From Daphnia carinata (Eukaryota): 64,000 nucleotides of DNA. Position numbers and translations under genes: made by a program. How positions within the stretch are numbered: position 1 is the stretch's first letter; every line of letters begins with the position of its first letter. The notes below the pieces were generated by a model that was not told where the DNA came from, searched no databases, and worked only from the letters and a program-made list of their open reading frames with translations. Below are positions 1 to 13,200 of the stretch, one piece after another. The stretch spans positions 12,896,001 to 12,960,000 of the forward strand of contig NC_081333.1 of NCBI RefSeq assembly GCF_022539665.2, in the 5' to 3' direction.

Positions 1-2038
1 CGCACCAAAATGCGATCCTGGTCACATTCAATCAAATCAAAGATTAAAATTAAGCAAATTGGGATCTGAATGAGAGTTTACCTGAAGATCCCACAGGTGA
101 ACACCCTGAGTAGCGACGTTGAGCAAAGCCAAACGGCCTGTGCTGTTGACCGTGAACGACATAATTGGATGATCTTCTTGTAGTCTATCATCGTACTCAT
201 ACAATTAGTGCAAAATAGAAATGATGGAACAAAGCCAAAATCTCTCACATGTTGCAGTCTGTCAGGTCATCAAAGTTATATCCTCTAATGCGATGATGCG
301 TGTCGGCAGCCAGCACAGTTTTGCCGTCCATCTTCCAGGCCAGCGCTTGAACTCGAACTCCCTCCCAAGATTCCAGCACGTTTCCTTCCAAATCCTGAAA
401 ATGCAACGCAAAGCGGATTATTAAATTTTTGTTATTTGAATGAAATAAAAATTACGCAGAGATAGAATTGTCCACGACATCCGCCAGCCACAAAACGTCT
501 ACCATCCGGATGCCAAGCGCACGACGTCAGCGAATCCTCAGAGGCGTGCGACAATTTGGTCCTCAATTGACCCGTCTCGACTTGCCAAACCCACAGTTCT
601 GGGCAGTCGTCGGGACCACATGCAGCCAGATGACTGCTGTCTGGGCTCCACGACAAATAAGCTACGCCGTACGAATGGCCTTCCAGCGTTTTCAAATGCG
701 TCAGCGAACAGTTATCCTAAAGCGAAAAGGTCAAACTTAAGCAAATCAAACGTGTAAATAGCCAGATGTTTCGACACGTACCGGATCCACATTCCATATC
801 ATCACAGTGGTGTCTTTGGATCCGGTTGCCAGTTTGGTGCCGTCGGGCGAAAACCGACAAAACCAAACTTCATCACAGTGATCGTTGAGAACTTGCAGTG
901 TCTCCAGAGGAAGTTGTTCCCTGAATTCGCGATAACAAAAATAATTTAAGCATACTGAACCTCTTCTTCTAATTAACAAAAAAAGATTATCTATCTTACT
1001 TGGAACACAGGTGATCATTCAACAGAGATACGTTGTCAAAAGGGGCATTCGATTTCACATTATGATAAGGACAACGTTCTTTCTGAGAATCTACTGCTTG
1101 CGTTAATAAAGCGTGAAGCCTAAAATATAAAACACCCACGTTAGTCGAACGATGGTAAGAATCACGACAATAAATCAAATGTAAAAATCAAAAGAAATCG
1201 GTCACCTTCTAGGAGGTAACATGATTGACGCAGGCAAGAAGCGCTGGAGCCTCTCCATGAGAGCTCCCCGTGACAGGTGCCCTTTGCCCTGCCATCGAGC
1301 AATATCACGCAATTCTTCACCACTCGAGCACATCATAAAACCGGAAAGCTCGTGAACGCGAGCGACGTTGTGCCCGAGAGGAGTCAATTCATGACGGAGA
1401 ACGTTCAACGCCTCCATAACCCGCCCGTCTTCCAGGCACTCGAGGTATTTCTGCTCCTGAAGAAGGAATTTCATTTCGACCAAATTCTGAGGGCAGACCA
1501 AGACATTCTTCAGTTCACTCAGATCCATCTCGGCCTTATTCCAATCGCCATCCATGACGTGCTGACAAAACTTGGCAGCTGCGGGGTGATCTAGTCGACA
1601 ACCCGATTCTTGCATAAGGACTTCGGCGCTCCGACTAGAGTGACACAAAAGAAAGTGATGTATCTGAGTCTAAACGATGAAACAGACGTTTGTGCAACTC
1701 ACTGCAGTCCTATCGACGTCAAATGCTGTCCGATTATCCGTACGATTTCCTGGTCAGTTTTCGAAACAGTTTTGGGTTGAATGAGTCCATCCAATTCGGC
1801 AAAACTTTGATCAGCTTCAGCGAACAGTCCTCCATGCTTAGTGCCTCCCACAACGCCGTCAACGTCTTTTAAACCGAACAGAGACTCGGTAGCGGGGCCA
1901 CCATCATTTTTACTACCATTGTTGGCATCTTTTGACGAACAGCCATTCTTGGCCTGGATAATAAAAACAAAAGGAGTTGTAAAAGTAACGGAGGTATTTG
2001 TTCGACATTCATCATACTGTTGTAGCTTGCTGCTGCAT
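1..2038 (-). CDS. WDR26: WD repeat-containing protein 26 (CTLH/GID complex subunit), 3' end runs off the window
   Basis: Exons 2018-2038 (first in-frame AUG, MQQQATT), 1703-1953, 1206-1634, 1000-1119, 782-920, 456-716, 249-394, 82-184, 1-17, all GT-AG and in phase. LisH ([27 protein letters not shown]), CTLH ([14 protein letters not shown]) and WD40 repeats ([55 protein letters not shown]). Confidence 0.95.
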
Positions 2039-5000
2039 ATTGTTGCTGGGTATCGCTGAGCAGGTTGCGGAGCGGAGCTTCTTTTTTGGTGGCTGGGCTG
2101 CTCCACCTTCATCCGATTCGTCACTGGTCGAGGCCAGTATGGCGTGGCCTGGTAAAATAAAATGCAAAGTAGAAAAAACAAACAAAGGAAAAAGTTGGAG
2201 TAAAAACCGCTGCAACTGCTGCTAAATATTGAGACCTAGTAAGGCCAGACGTCCGGCCAGCTGCGCCTGCCCACCAAGTTGCTGCTCACCACTCCACGCT
2301 GCTCTTCCTTCAAGAGACGGCGGGATTCCAGACACCTTACGAGGAATTTTGCTCAATTATGGAAGCCACCGTCTGTCTTTCTCTCTTCCTGGTCAATAAG
2401 ATGAACGTAGCTTCAACTTCTTTTGGGCTCTGGTTGCATGACCACCATAAGAAATTTCATCACATTCACATGCACACAGCCATACACCTGAATAAAAAAA
2501 AAACAAAAAAAACAAACAGAACAAGTAAATAAAACACGAGTTATAAACATGCAAAGCCAACACAACATTTCTCAAGCATCAAACTTGAATTGTGGGTATT
2601 ACTAAAAATGATAAAAAGAAATGGAACGACGAACGGGCACGAACTAAATTTTCCACGATTATCCAAGAGAGGATTAGTTGCTATTAAAAAACGGAATCGA
2701 ACGTTACGCCACCGTCCATTACTCGTGTCAGCAAGTAACAATCTTCCAAGGACAAAGAGGGGAAGAGTGACCCTAAACAAAGCATCGACTTTCGATTAAA
2801 ATAGCTACCTTCGAACGATTGTCAACCACGCAGCGACGTTAAAAATCTTTTTTGGGGGGATAACTTTATGCAGCAGTGGAGTTTATTATGGTAAACTGGG
2901 TAAAAAAAAAAAAGAGTGAGAAGGGAGAGAAGGGCAAGTATAAACTCGTATCCCCTTGTTGCCAAAAATTGTGTGTACACAGAGGCGCTCACACACACGC
3001 ATATACACAAAACAGAGAGTAGAGATTTGGGTTGAGAGCTTCACTGTTCGACTGATTTCTCTCTGCTATCGTAGATTTCTCGTCTCTTTGCCCCTTCTGC
3101 GCAAGATATGGCGAAGTGAAACAAGAAAGGGGAAAAAAAGAAAAAAAAGTAAAAACAGCTGACCAAGCTGTTTTTGTTTAAATATCTAAAAACCTCCGAG
3201 ACTGCGCTTTCCTATCTTTTCTACAAGTAAAAGTTGCGCGGAGGAGCCTCCTTCTTCCATTAAAATAAGACTACTTGGCTACGGCTGCCACCTGGCGACA
3301 AACGTAAGAGTTGTGGCAATAGCCACCTGGCGACCGAATATGGAAATAAATAAAAATCATGAAACTTGGTGAAATGGCTTTCGACTATTAAATGTGGTAT
3401 ACATGTACGGCAGACAATTTAAAGCCTTGAAACTCAATTTTCGCAGACGGTTTCTAGTTTCAAGTGAACCGGGAGACAGTCAGACTGGAAACGAGATTCA
3501 AGATCCGCTCTCCACACAAGCAAAAATGAAAATGAAATTTTAAAAGGATTCCGAATAATCAGCAGAAATTGTTGCACTGCAGGTGGAGATAACTGAGACG
3601 GACAATGTAAATGAGCAAAAAAAAAAAAAAAAAAGAAAACTTAATAATACGCGTCAGACGATATGCAAAAAAAACCACCAAAAGGATACGCTGAGTTATC
3701 ACAGTTTTTTTTTTTTTTTTTTTTCTTTCCTACATAAAAAAAAAAAAAAAAAAAAAAATGAAGGGAACTTTGAACGATAGCCGCGCGAGCTCCTTCAACG
3801 GTTGTATTGCAAACGAACCGTCTGACGTGTCACGGACAAATTGGAATCGTTCTAGCTAACATTCACGAAATAGTTTTTTTTTTTTTTTTTTTTTTTTTTT
3901 TCAAATAAAACTGGGCGAAAGAGGCACAGCCTTTTGTTACATTAGAACAAATAAAAGTATTTTCAGTCTTTGCACCAGAATGCGCTTCTCTCGTGCTGCT
4001 AGATGGCGATTTTTTATTTTTTTAAGTTTTTTTTTTTTTTTTTTTTTTGATATTTGATCAAGCGTGTAGAATGCCCGCAGCCGGACTCGAGTCACGTTCC
4101 CGCCGTGCCGACCCAACCGCCAGCCACTAGGAGAAGAGCAGATGTCGTCTCAGTTAAAAAAAAAAAAAAAAAAATGAAACTGGTGTGTACAGTAAATATG
4201 TGATGAATAATAACGTGAATGTTGTTTCAAGAAATTCTGTTGAAGAAAAACACGTCGGAGTCGTATAGAAACGGCGCGACCAATGTCGTAAAAATCGTTC
4301 AAATTGAAAATTGTTTCGTGCTGTTTGGACGAGAGTTTGCAGGCCTTGTTGTTGTTGTCTGGCGCATTTTTGACGATCGCCTGCTGACAAGGACGTTTTA
4401 ACGAGAGCCACTTTCGAAAAAGAAAAAAAAGAAGACGACAGCTGGTCAATGTGATGAGACATTTCCTGCATATTAGCAGGTCGACAAAGACCCCTTCCGC
4501 ATGACCTTTTTTTTTTTTCTTTTTTGTTCAAAGGTAAAATAAAAGATCTGTGTAAACAAGATGGCAACTGTGGGAGATGCGGAGAGCTCGTTACTTTACA
4601 TGTCCGTTGGTCGAGGAAAACAAAGAAGACGGGCAAAAATAAAGATAAAACAAGAAAATCGAATAATAAACACACAAAGTTAAAGAAAAAAAAGAAAAAA
4701 GGGCGGCGACAACATTCCAGAGTGCCCTGTGGGCGACCTTTCTTCTTCTCTATGTGTCTGTGTGACTCTCTTCCGACCAATTAAAAGTAGCTAGGGACCC
4801 CACTTAAGTGCTCTTTTCCCGGTCCACGGACGGACATTTTCCATGTATTTTGTCCCCCCCCCCCTTTTTTTTCTTTTCCTTTTTTAAAAAAAGAAACAAA
4901 AAAAAAAAAAAAAAAATGTCGTTGTTGTGTGTGCAGGGGGGTTGTCGCATTTCTCTCTTTTTTTTTTTTTTTTTTTTATTCTTTAACTTGTGTGTCCATC

Positions 5001-6479
5001 TTCTTCTCCACCCATCCATTAAAATAATCATCCGCGCGGATGATTTGGTCATGCACTTTTTTCCGAGTCGCTTGTCTCCGGTCTGCTCTGGTCTGAACCC
5101 ACCCCCGCATGTGTAGGACGTGGCCATCCGTCCGACTTAATTGAGCGGATTTAAGATGCGCCAACTGAAGTCTGAAATAATGCAGGAAAAAAAAAAAAAA
5201 ATAAATAAGAGGACCCAATGAAACGTGGAGAAATGCATCATTCATCCAGCGTTGCCCTTCTTCTCGACCGTGACGTCATCAATGAATGGACGTCAATCAC
5301 CTAGAATGAATGAATGGCTTTTTTTTTCGTACACAGAGCTTATATTGATCCAAATGAATTCAAACAAATTCTATTTACAGCGCAGCATATATTATAGGAG
5401 CATACACACACACATTACATATAGTTTTCAAAATGTATTTTTTTTTTTTATTTTGAAAAAAAAAAAAAATGGGCGTTTTCTTTTTCCATTTTTCTTCGAA
5501 AAATGGAAATGAAAAAAAAAAAAACACGAGGGAATCGGCAAAAAAAAGGATCGACACGAGAAACCTTTTTGCAGGTAAAAAAAACAAACAAACAAATGAT
5601 ATAATATATATATAACGTGTGTATAAGGCCTAACTATTTACAGCAAATAGTTTAAAAACGCAGCCACGCCCAAATTCATTTTTTTTTTTTTTATTTTTTT
5701 TTTTTTTTTTATTTTGGAGGGGGATTTTGCCTCACGTTCTTTCAAAGAAAAAAGAAAAATGCGTTTTGGAACGTGACACGGACGCCAAAAGGTGAGGCAA
5801 AGCTGACAACGTTTTGCTACGTGTTTCTCGTAATGATTGAGATGAGATGGGTGTGAAAATGCACGTCATGGAGTGGGGGATGAGTTTATAATTAAAATGG
5901 CACCAGAATAAAAAAAAAAAAGGGAGAAAGAAGAAGAGATCGCAACGAGAGAGCCAGCTGACTTGATTCACCAACAAAAAGAAGGAGGGCATTCATGATC
6001 ATTTCCAATCGAATAATAACGAGTCAAAAGGTCAACCTATTTTTCTTGTTCGTTACGTTTGGCCTTTCGTGTCATCGGCTTCAACGGCTGAATTATAAAG
6101 ATTTGTTTTTTTTTTATACAAATGTCAATTTCAAAAGGTGGGGCGAGGAAAAATAGTCGGAAAAACGTTTGTCCGTTTGTCGAATAACAACAAAAAATGA
6201 AATGGCCACTGGGTCGAAAAAAAAAAAAAAAAAAAAAAAAAAGAGAGCTGGTCCAACGCATATCGTTAAAACGTCAAATCACCTGTTGCTTAAAGTGTTT
6301 TCCTTTTTTTTTTTTGACGATAAGCAAGTGATTTCAATCGCCCCCCCCCCCCCAACAAAAACAACGAAACAAAACTAATGAGAGTTGAGAGAGAGAAAGA
6401 AAAGAGTTTTGGCATTTGAAATAAAATTTTCTGAAACAAACAGAAACAAAAAAAAAACAAAAAAGGAAAGGGAAAATGC

Positions 6480-7541
6480 TCAAGTGGTGGGATGAAGTCG
6501 AGTGCTGCCACCCGAGTGATGGTGGCCCGTGCAGGCCGTGACCTCGCGCCACTTGGGGTCGATCTGCGTGACGCCGTGTCGGGCGCATTCGTGGGCGTAG
6601 GCCGTCAACGCCTCGCAGTAGCACTGTTTGCCGGACGGGCATTCGCACATGTCCAGCAGGCACGATCTATTTTTGCAATTGATTTATAAAAAAAAAAAAA
6701 TGAGACTCGAATAAAAAAGGGAAAAAAAAAAAAAAAAAGAAAAGACGAGCGACTTACTTGAAATAGCGAACGGGACTGACTTGCGGATGGCACTGGGCGA
6801 AGGTGGCCGCTTTGAGGACGCTGCACTCACGGACGGCCCTGATGCGGATGTGCCACTGTCGTTGGCAGAGCGGCTCTTCTGCTGCGCTGGCCGTCGTTTT
6901 TTTGCTAGCGATAGCAACAGACGAAGCGGACAGGGAGGCGGACGACGACGTGCTGGCCAATTGATTGGGATGCTGTTGTTGTTGTTGTTGTTGTTGCTGC
7001 AAGCGACGCTGACTTGAGCGATCGGCCGAACTGGAAGGCGGTGGTCGCTGTTGGCCACCTGGGCTGGGCCCGCTACTGCAAGACTTGGGTCCGCCCACTT
7101 TCCAAGAGGCGCCAAACTGTTCGACGCTGGTGGCCAATTGACCGGACCGCATGCGCAGATCGTCGCGCCGCCTGCCGTTGAAATTGCCGCACAGGCCGCA
7201 GAGGCGCCGCTTGAACGCGGGCGGCACCGTCACTTCTAAAAAGCTCTCGCCGTCCCACAGCAATTTCACACCTAACATTGACATTTGTTTGATTCATTTG
7301 TTTTTTTTTTCTAAAATAAGAAGAGGGACGCCCAAAAACTTACCGAGATTCGTTCTGACGACGACGCTGTAACCCTCCTGGACGACGGAGAGGACGCCGA
7401 GACTGACAAAAGGCAAAGAGACGCGTTTGTGGTTCACCTTGACTTTCATGTTTTGTCCGAGCGTCACTTTCAAATCTTCGATCTGTTGTTTCCAAAAATG
7501 CATTTTTTTTTTTTTTTTTTTTTTTAAATAAATCAACTTTG

Positions 7542-7573
<32 letters not shown>

Positions 7574-10225
7574 TACGGTGAGCGTGACGGTTTTTGTCCA
7601 GGAAAAGGAACGCGACGAACGGGCGTCGTTGGTGACCCGGACGGAAAAACTGTCGTTGCGGCAGTCGGACGTCAGCAGGTACTTGCACGCACCTTGGAAA
7701 TTAAAGACACGTCCATCGAAGGTGCGGTAATGAGGATCGCCAAAGACCGTGCACACGGCGTCGTCTTCCACGCATTTCGGGCAACACTGGCCCGCTTCTT
7801 TGACGGGATGGCGGCCGGGCGGACACGCTTGTCCGCCGTTGGCTGCCTGTAGCGGTGACTGGACGTTGTTGCCACTGGCCGACGATGACGATGAGGAAGG
7901 AGCGTCGGAATCGCTCGATTTCATTTTGCGTCGGTGATGATCTTTAGGCCGGTAGACGGGGCATTGCTGGACGGCGCAGCGGACTTCGCCCTGCGAACAG
8001 CTGCACTGCGTACAAGGATCCAGCGACCAACCAGCTCCGTTCTGTTTTTTTTTTTTGATTTCATTCAAAATAAAAATCAAATTTTTAGTAATGTTACATT
8101 GAAAGCACCGACCATCAAATCGAGTTCAATTACAATTTAAACGCTGTTTGTCCTCTTTAAAATTGACATTTTTTTTTTCCCAGTCGGACAAAGGATCATC
8201 ACCTAGTTTATAGCCCCCCCCCCTGACTTAAACAAGGCCCTTTTAAAAAAACAAAACAAAAAAAAAAAAACACGCACACAAAATGAATTGAAGAGGCGCG
8301 AGTTTCAAAATGTGTGACATGTTGGCTTCATCTTCGATGCCAAAAACAAAACAGGAACGCATTTCTCATCGTAGGTGGCATCATCATCATCATAAAAAAA
8401 TAAAAAAAAAAAAAAAAAAAGAAGCTCATCCCTTTAATGTAGACGGGCGGTATATCCAAAAAAAAAAAACAAAAGGTTAATCGCGTCTTAAGTACGTCAT
8501 CGAGCCGTGGCGCTGCAGGTGGTCTTTTTTTTTTTTTTTTTTTTTTTTTTTTCCCGTCTGTTGGTTCAATGCGCCAGGTAAAACCGCACAAAGAATGTAA
8601 TAACAAAAGAGGCAGCAACAAGCGAAAGGATTTGTTTTGATGGCCTTCCCCTCCCCCCCGTTGTTGTTTGTGTTGTAATCAGAGCGAAAAAGAAAAAGAA
8701 ACACCGTCAAACAACAAACCCACACAAGTCGTTTGTGTTTTGTTTTTTACCTTAAAAAAACAAAAAAAATAAAGGAGGAGAAAGAAACTGACCTGATAAG
8801 TGACGCCACGATAGGCGCAGGTGAGGGGTCGTGATGCCGGCAACGCCGTCGGCGTTTGCATGGCAGGTTGTTGTTGCTGTTGTTGTTGTTGCGACACTTT
8901 GCCGCGAGTGGAAAGCAACGAAGAAGAAGAAGAAGAAGAAGAAGAGACGGCGGCTTCTTGTTGCCTTTGAAACGAAGCGACGACGGCCATGGCCGACGGT
9001 TGGGTCGACGATTTCGATGGCACGGCGTCGAGCGGCCAAGCCAAAAGGGGCGGAGCCACCGTGATGGTGGCCGGGTGAACGTTCGGGCACGACGACGACG
9101 ACGACGACGACGAACCGCCACCGAGTCGTCTGCTGTTGTCACGCAGACAGACGGTCGTCGAGTTCGGCTGGCACGTGCAATTCGTGCACGGATCCGGCCG
9201 GAATGTGGCGCCCAATTCAAATTGCTTCTTGCCCATGTGGCAAACGGCGGCGGCAGACGAGGCCGGCTGCACTTCTTTGCGCACACCTTGGCAGACGGGG
9301 CAGCAAGCGCCCGGCTGGAGCAGGGCTTTGTTAGCCGGACAGGGCAGGACGGGGCACGTCTGCCGCGTGCACATCATGGAGCCACCGGGCAGACATTGGC
9401 ACTGCGTGCACGGCTCTGTTTGCGGGTCGGGACTGACGGCCGGCTGACCTTCCACCATCGTCACGTTGCGTCCATTTTGCGCGTCGTCGTTCCACTGGCA
9501 GTCGTTGCAGCGCGGGCAGCACTCGCCCGGCCTGACTGGCAGCAACTGTCGGCAATGGCCGTCGCTTGTCGCCTCGTCGTTCCAGCGACACGTTTGACGA
9601 GACACGGTTACTACACCGCCCTGACATGTCATCGTCTACATTTTTGGGCCAGATCAATCAAACATTTTAGAAATGCGTTTTTGTTTTGTTTTTTTTCCTT
9701 TCAAATGCGATTATGCGTACAATTTGTTTTTATTTTTCTTTCTTTCTGGTTTTGGATGGAGAGCGTGAGTCATTTGGTCGTGACTCACGCTCAATAACAA
9801 ATAAAAACAAAAAAAAAAAAAGGGGGCCAATCAAATGCAAATGAAAGGTCGTCTCTTTGTATATGGCTTGTTTTTTGTTTGTTTTTAATTACCTGACAGG
9901 GATCGTCGGGATCGTTCCACTGGCTGCCGCTCTGATGGTGAACCCCTTTGTAATAGCAACCTATTTTTTTTTTTTTTTTTTTTTTTAAATTGAATTCAAT
10001 TAAATCATTTCAACGTTGTCAATCGTCATAAACTTACACAGCAATAAGGATTTAAGAGAAAAAAAAAAAGTGGGGGGGATAGTAATTAGTTTGAATTATG
10101 AAAAAAAACAAAAAAAAAAAACAAAAGAAGAGCGACGGTGAAACTATAGCGGAAGAATGTCAAAAGGTCGGCCATCAAACGGCCGGAATGCCGTTGCCGA
10201 CCGCATTATTGAAGCCATGGGAAAC

Positions 10226-10261
<36 letters not shown>

Positions 10262-13200
10262 ATTTGATTTAAAAAAAAAAAAAACAAGGACTTTCTATTC
10301 CTTTGTTTAACGTGTGTAAACAAAAGGATGGAGCCTTTAAAAACCAAAAAAAAAAAAAAAAATTCATTAACATAACACGAGCAGTGTGCGGTCATCGGCA
10401 ACCGCAACTGAGAGGGATGAATCAAAGTCGAAATATGCAAATTGCGGATATGTATTTTTGGTACCTTTGCAGACTTGGCAGCATTTGGCGGCGCTCTTGT
10501 TCTGTTGCAACACGACGTAACAGTCGTCGGTACTCGGGCAGATTTCCTTCTTGCACTGGACGTGGCCATCCTGGAATCACGAAAAACAAAATCCATTAGT
10601 GTGTTTTCTTTTTCTTTTTTTTTTTTTTAAATAAGACCATGTCATTAAACAGATTCCCCCTCCCCCTCCCACGTAAAAGGATCCAGTTCATCAAATATGG
10701 GAGGTAATTTCATCTGATTGAGAGCACACAATGTCCCCACCTTTTTTTTCTTTTCCATCCGGTGATGCAGTGCCGACAAACAAGCAAAAAAAAAAGGTAT
10801 CGTTGATACCACCGGTCGGAGAAAAAAAAAAAAATTCGATCCGGATTATTGAAATCGAAAACCGGATTCAAATTTTTTTTTTTTTTTTTTAGGAAGGGGG
10901 GGGGGGGAAGAGAGCGACATTGTAGACGATGCATCGACGTATCACAAAAGAATTTTGAAAGAAATTTTTTTTTTGTTTTTTTTTTAAACCCACATCATTA
11001 AGAATCAATGAATGGAAATGGGTTTTCTTTAAACAAAAACTCGAAATTCTTTCCGAAAAAAAAAAAAAACAACAACAAAAAAAAAAATGAAACAAAGAAT
11101 TGCTTTTGTTTGAGATGGAGTATGGGGGGGGGGGGTCTATGAGAAAGAATTGGGGCTTGGCAGCGCACAGCAGGTGAATATGAATTGATGATTTCTTTCT
11201 CAGGTGATCGCTCTGCGTGTTAGCAAAACCGAAAAATGCCCAAGACACCCCCTACCCTCTTTTTCTAAGCAGAAAATGTGAAAGGGGCAGCTTAAATGGT
11301 TCCACGGTTGAATAGCGTTTCTCTCTACAAACGAGTGGGCGGTTGTATTTGCTTAGCAGTTGACAGTTTGAAAAGAGGTGGCGGGGGGGCTGGACAAAAA
11401 AAAAAACAAAAAAAAATGTTCTTATTGCCTTTCGAAAGCGGCTGTGGAAAAGACCGTTGGAGTGTCTCTCAAATAAAAATAGCTCCCCTTCTTTGTTGAA
11501 GCCCAATCCAATAAGACTACGGTACTTGAACGGCCACACCAGGTATTTTATGTGTGTGGGGGGGGGGGGTCACGGCTCACTTCCGTTCTCTATTTGCCCA
11601 AACAACTCGAATTGATTCACGGGGCCGTTTGGGTGACGCAAACGATTCCGAGTGCTGGATCAACTGATAACGAGTTGCAGGTGCACACATGCCAAATGGA
11701 TTTCGCGTGAATTTTCCCCTTTTGGAAAAAAAAAAAAAAAAAAAAATCAAGTCGTTTGCATGCCACTCAAGTCGGGGGAGGTCCTCCTCTTTGAGTCCGT
11801 GATGGCTATCTATCACAAGGGGGGGGGGGGAAGCTTAAAGTCTACATAGAGTGTTTTAATGGCTTTTTTTTTTTCTTCTTTATCTTTTGCCCTTCTATTG
11901 AAGAACAGAGTGCACAGCCATCGAATCAAACGCTTTTTCTTTTCTTCTTTGAGAAAATGGGGCCCGCGCATCAATGAAACGGCTTAGCTCTTAATCCTAT
12001 CCATTCGTCTTAAGCTGATGGGTGTCTCTCTTTCCCATTTTTTTAAGGCCCGGATGTTGTGATTGCAACTAAACCTATCTAATAATTTCAAAAAAAAAAA
12101 ATGGGTTTCTGTATTTTTTTTTACAATGAAGAGCGTGACTTGTCGTGTGTTTTGTGTAGTTGCGTCGGGAGTCACGCTTCCAGTCCCGTTTAAAAAAAAA
12201 AAAAAAAAAAGTAATTTCTGTTTTTTTTTTAATTTAAATCACATTTTCTCGTCAAAGGATGAAAAATGAGGAATCGATAAGAAGACCACCCAACAAAATT
12301 TTCGTTGCCCCCCCCCCCCAAAAAAAAGATGATCAATTTTCTTGCCTTTTGTGCTATTGATGCACCCCTTTCGACTGCCCCCCACCACCACCATCACCAC
12401 AAAAGAAAGAATGTTGATTTACCTTGCACATGCAGGTCATGCAGGGGATGAATTCTTCGACGATTTTCACGACCACCGTTTGTCCCTCGTTGGTGCAGTT
12501 TTGATTGGTCGCCGTTAAACTGGCTGCATCCAAAAATAGAATAAATCAATAATGAAATTCAATCTATTTGCTCAAGAATGAAAATGAATTGAAGGCGATA
12601 GGGAAGAGGAAGCCGACAGAAAGACAATCCTTAAACCACATGCACACACACAAATAAATCTCACAAAGGAGGCGAACATTTTCTCCCTGTTTTTTTTTTT
12701 TTTTTTAAATCATTCGGCTTCTATTATCTAAGAAATAAAACAAAAAATGAAAAAAAAAAAAGGGAAAAACAATCAAGTAGAAAAGAAAAAAGGCCGCACC
12801 ACTTTTCTTTCTCTCTTGCCGCTTCTTTTCTTTAACAATCGTTTTTGTGAAAAAAAACAAAAAATAAGAGACGAGTCAATCGTTTATTTTCACAGAGGGG
12901 GTAGGGCAGGCACTAACCCCCCCTCCTTTTTCATCATGTTAGCTGTGTGTGTGCAGGTTTCACGGTTGTTTGAACCGTTTGACGATGAAGAGGCTCGACT
13001 TTTTGTCTTGACCTTTTTTCTTTCTTTTTTTTTTTTCAATCATGTCGGCTCTTTGAGCTGATAGATGGCGTGCACGCACGTCATCCCGCGGTGCCTGGGA
13101 AACGGCACAAATCTTTTTCTTTTTTTCTTTTTAAGTTGAGGTATGCACGCAACCCCCACCTTTCCATCACACCCCCCACTCGCTATACTTAAAAAAAAAA

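Noticed and set aside
3583..6400. Many 60-200 aa ORFs rich in poly-Lys or poly-Phe, also throughout 10.2-19.7 kb
   Set aside because: They are translations of A/T homopolymer tracts in BMPER introns and UTR, which lack stop codons; no domain-like sequence.
8856..9797. 313-aa plus-strand ORF
   Set aside because: Antisense shadow of the GC-rich BMPER exon 8793-9635.
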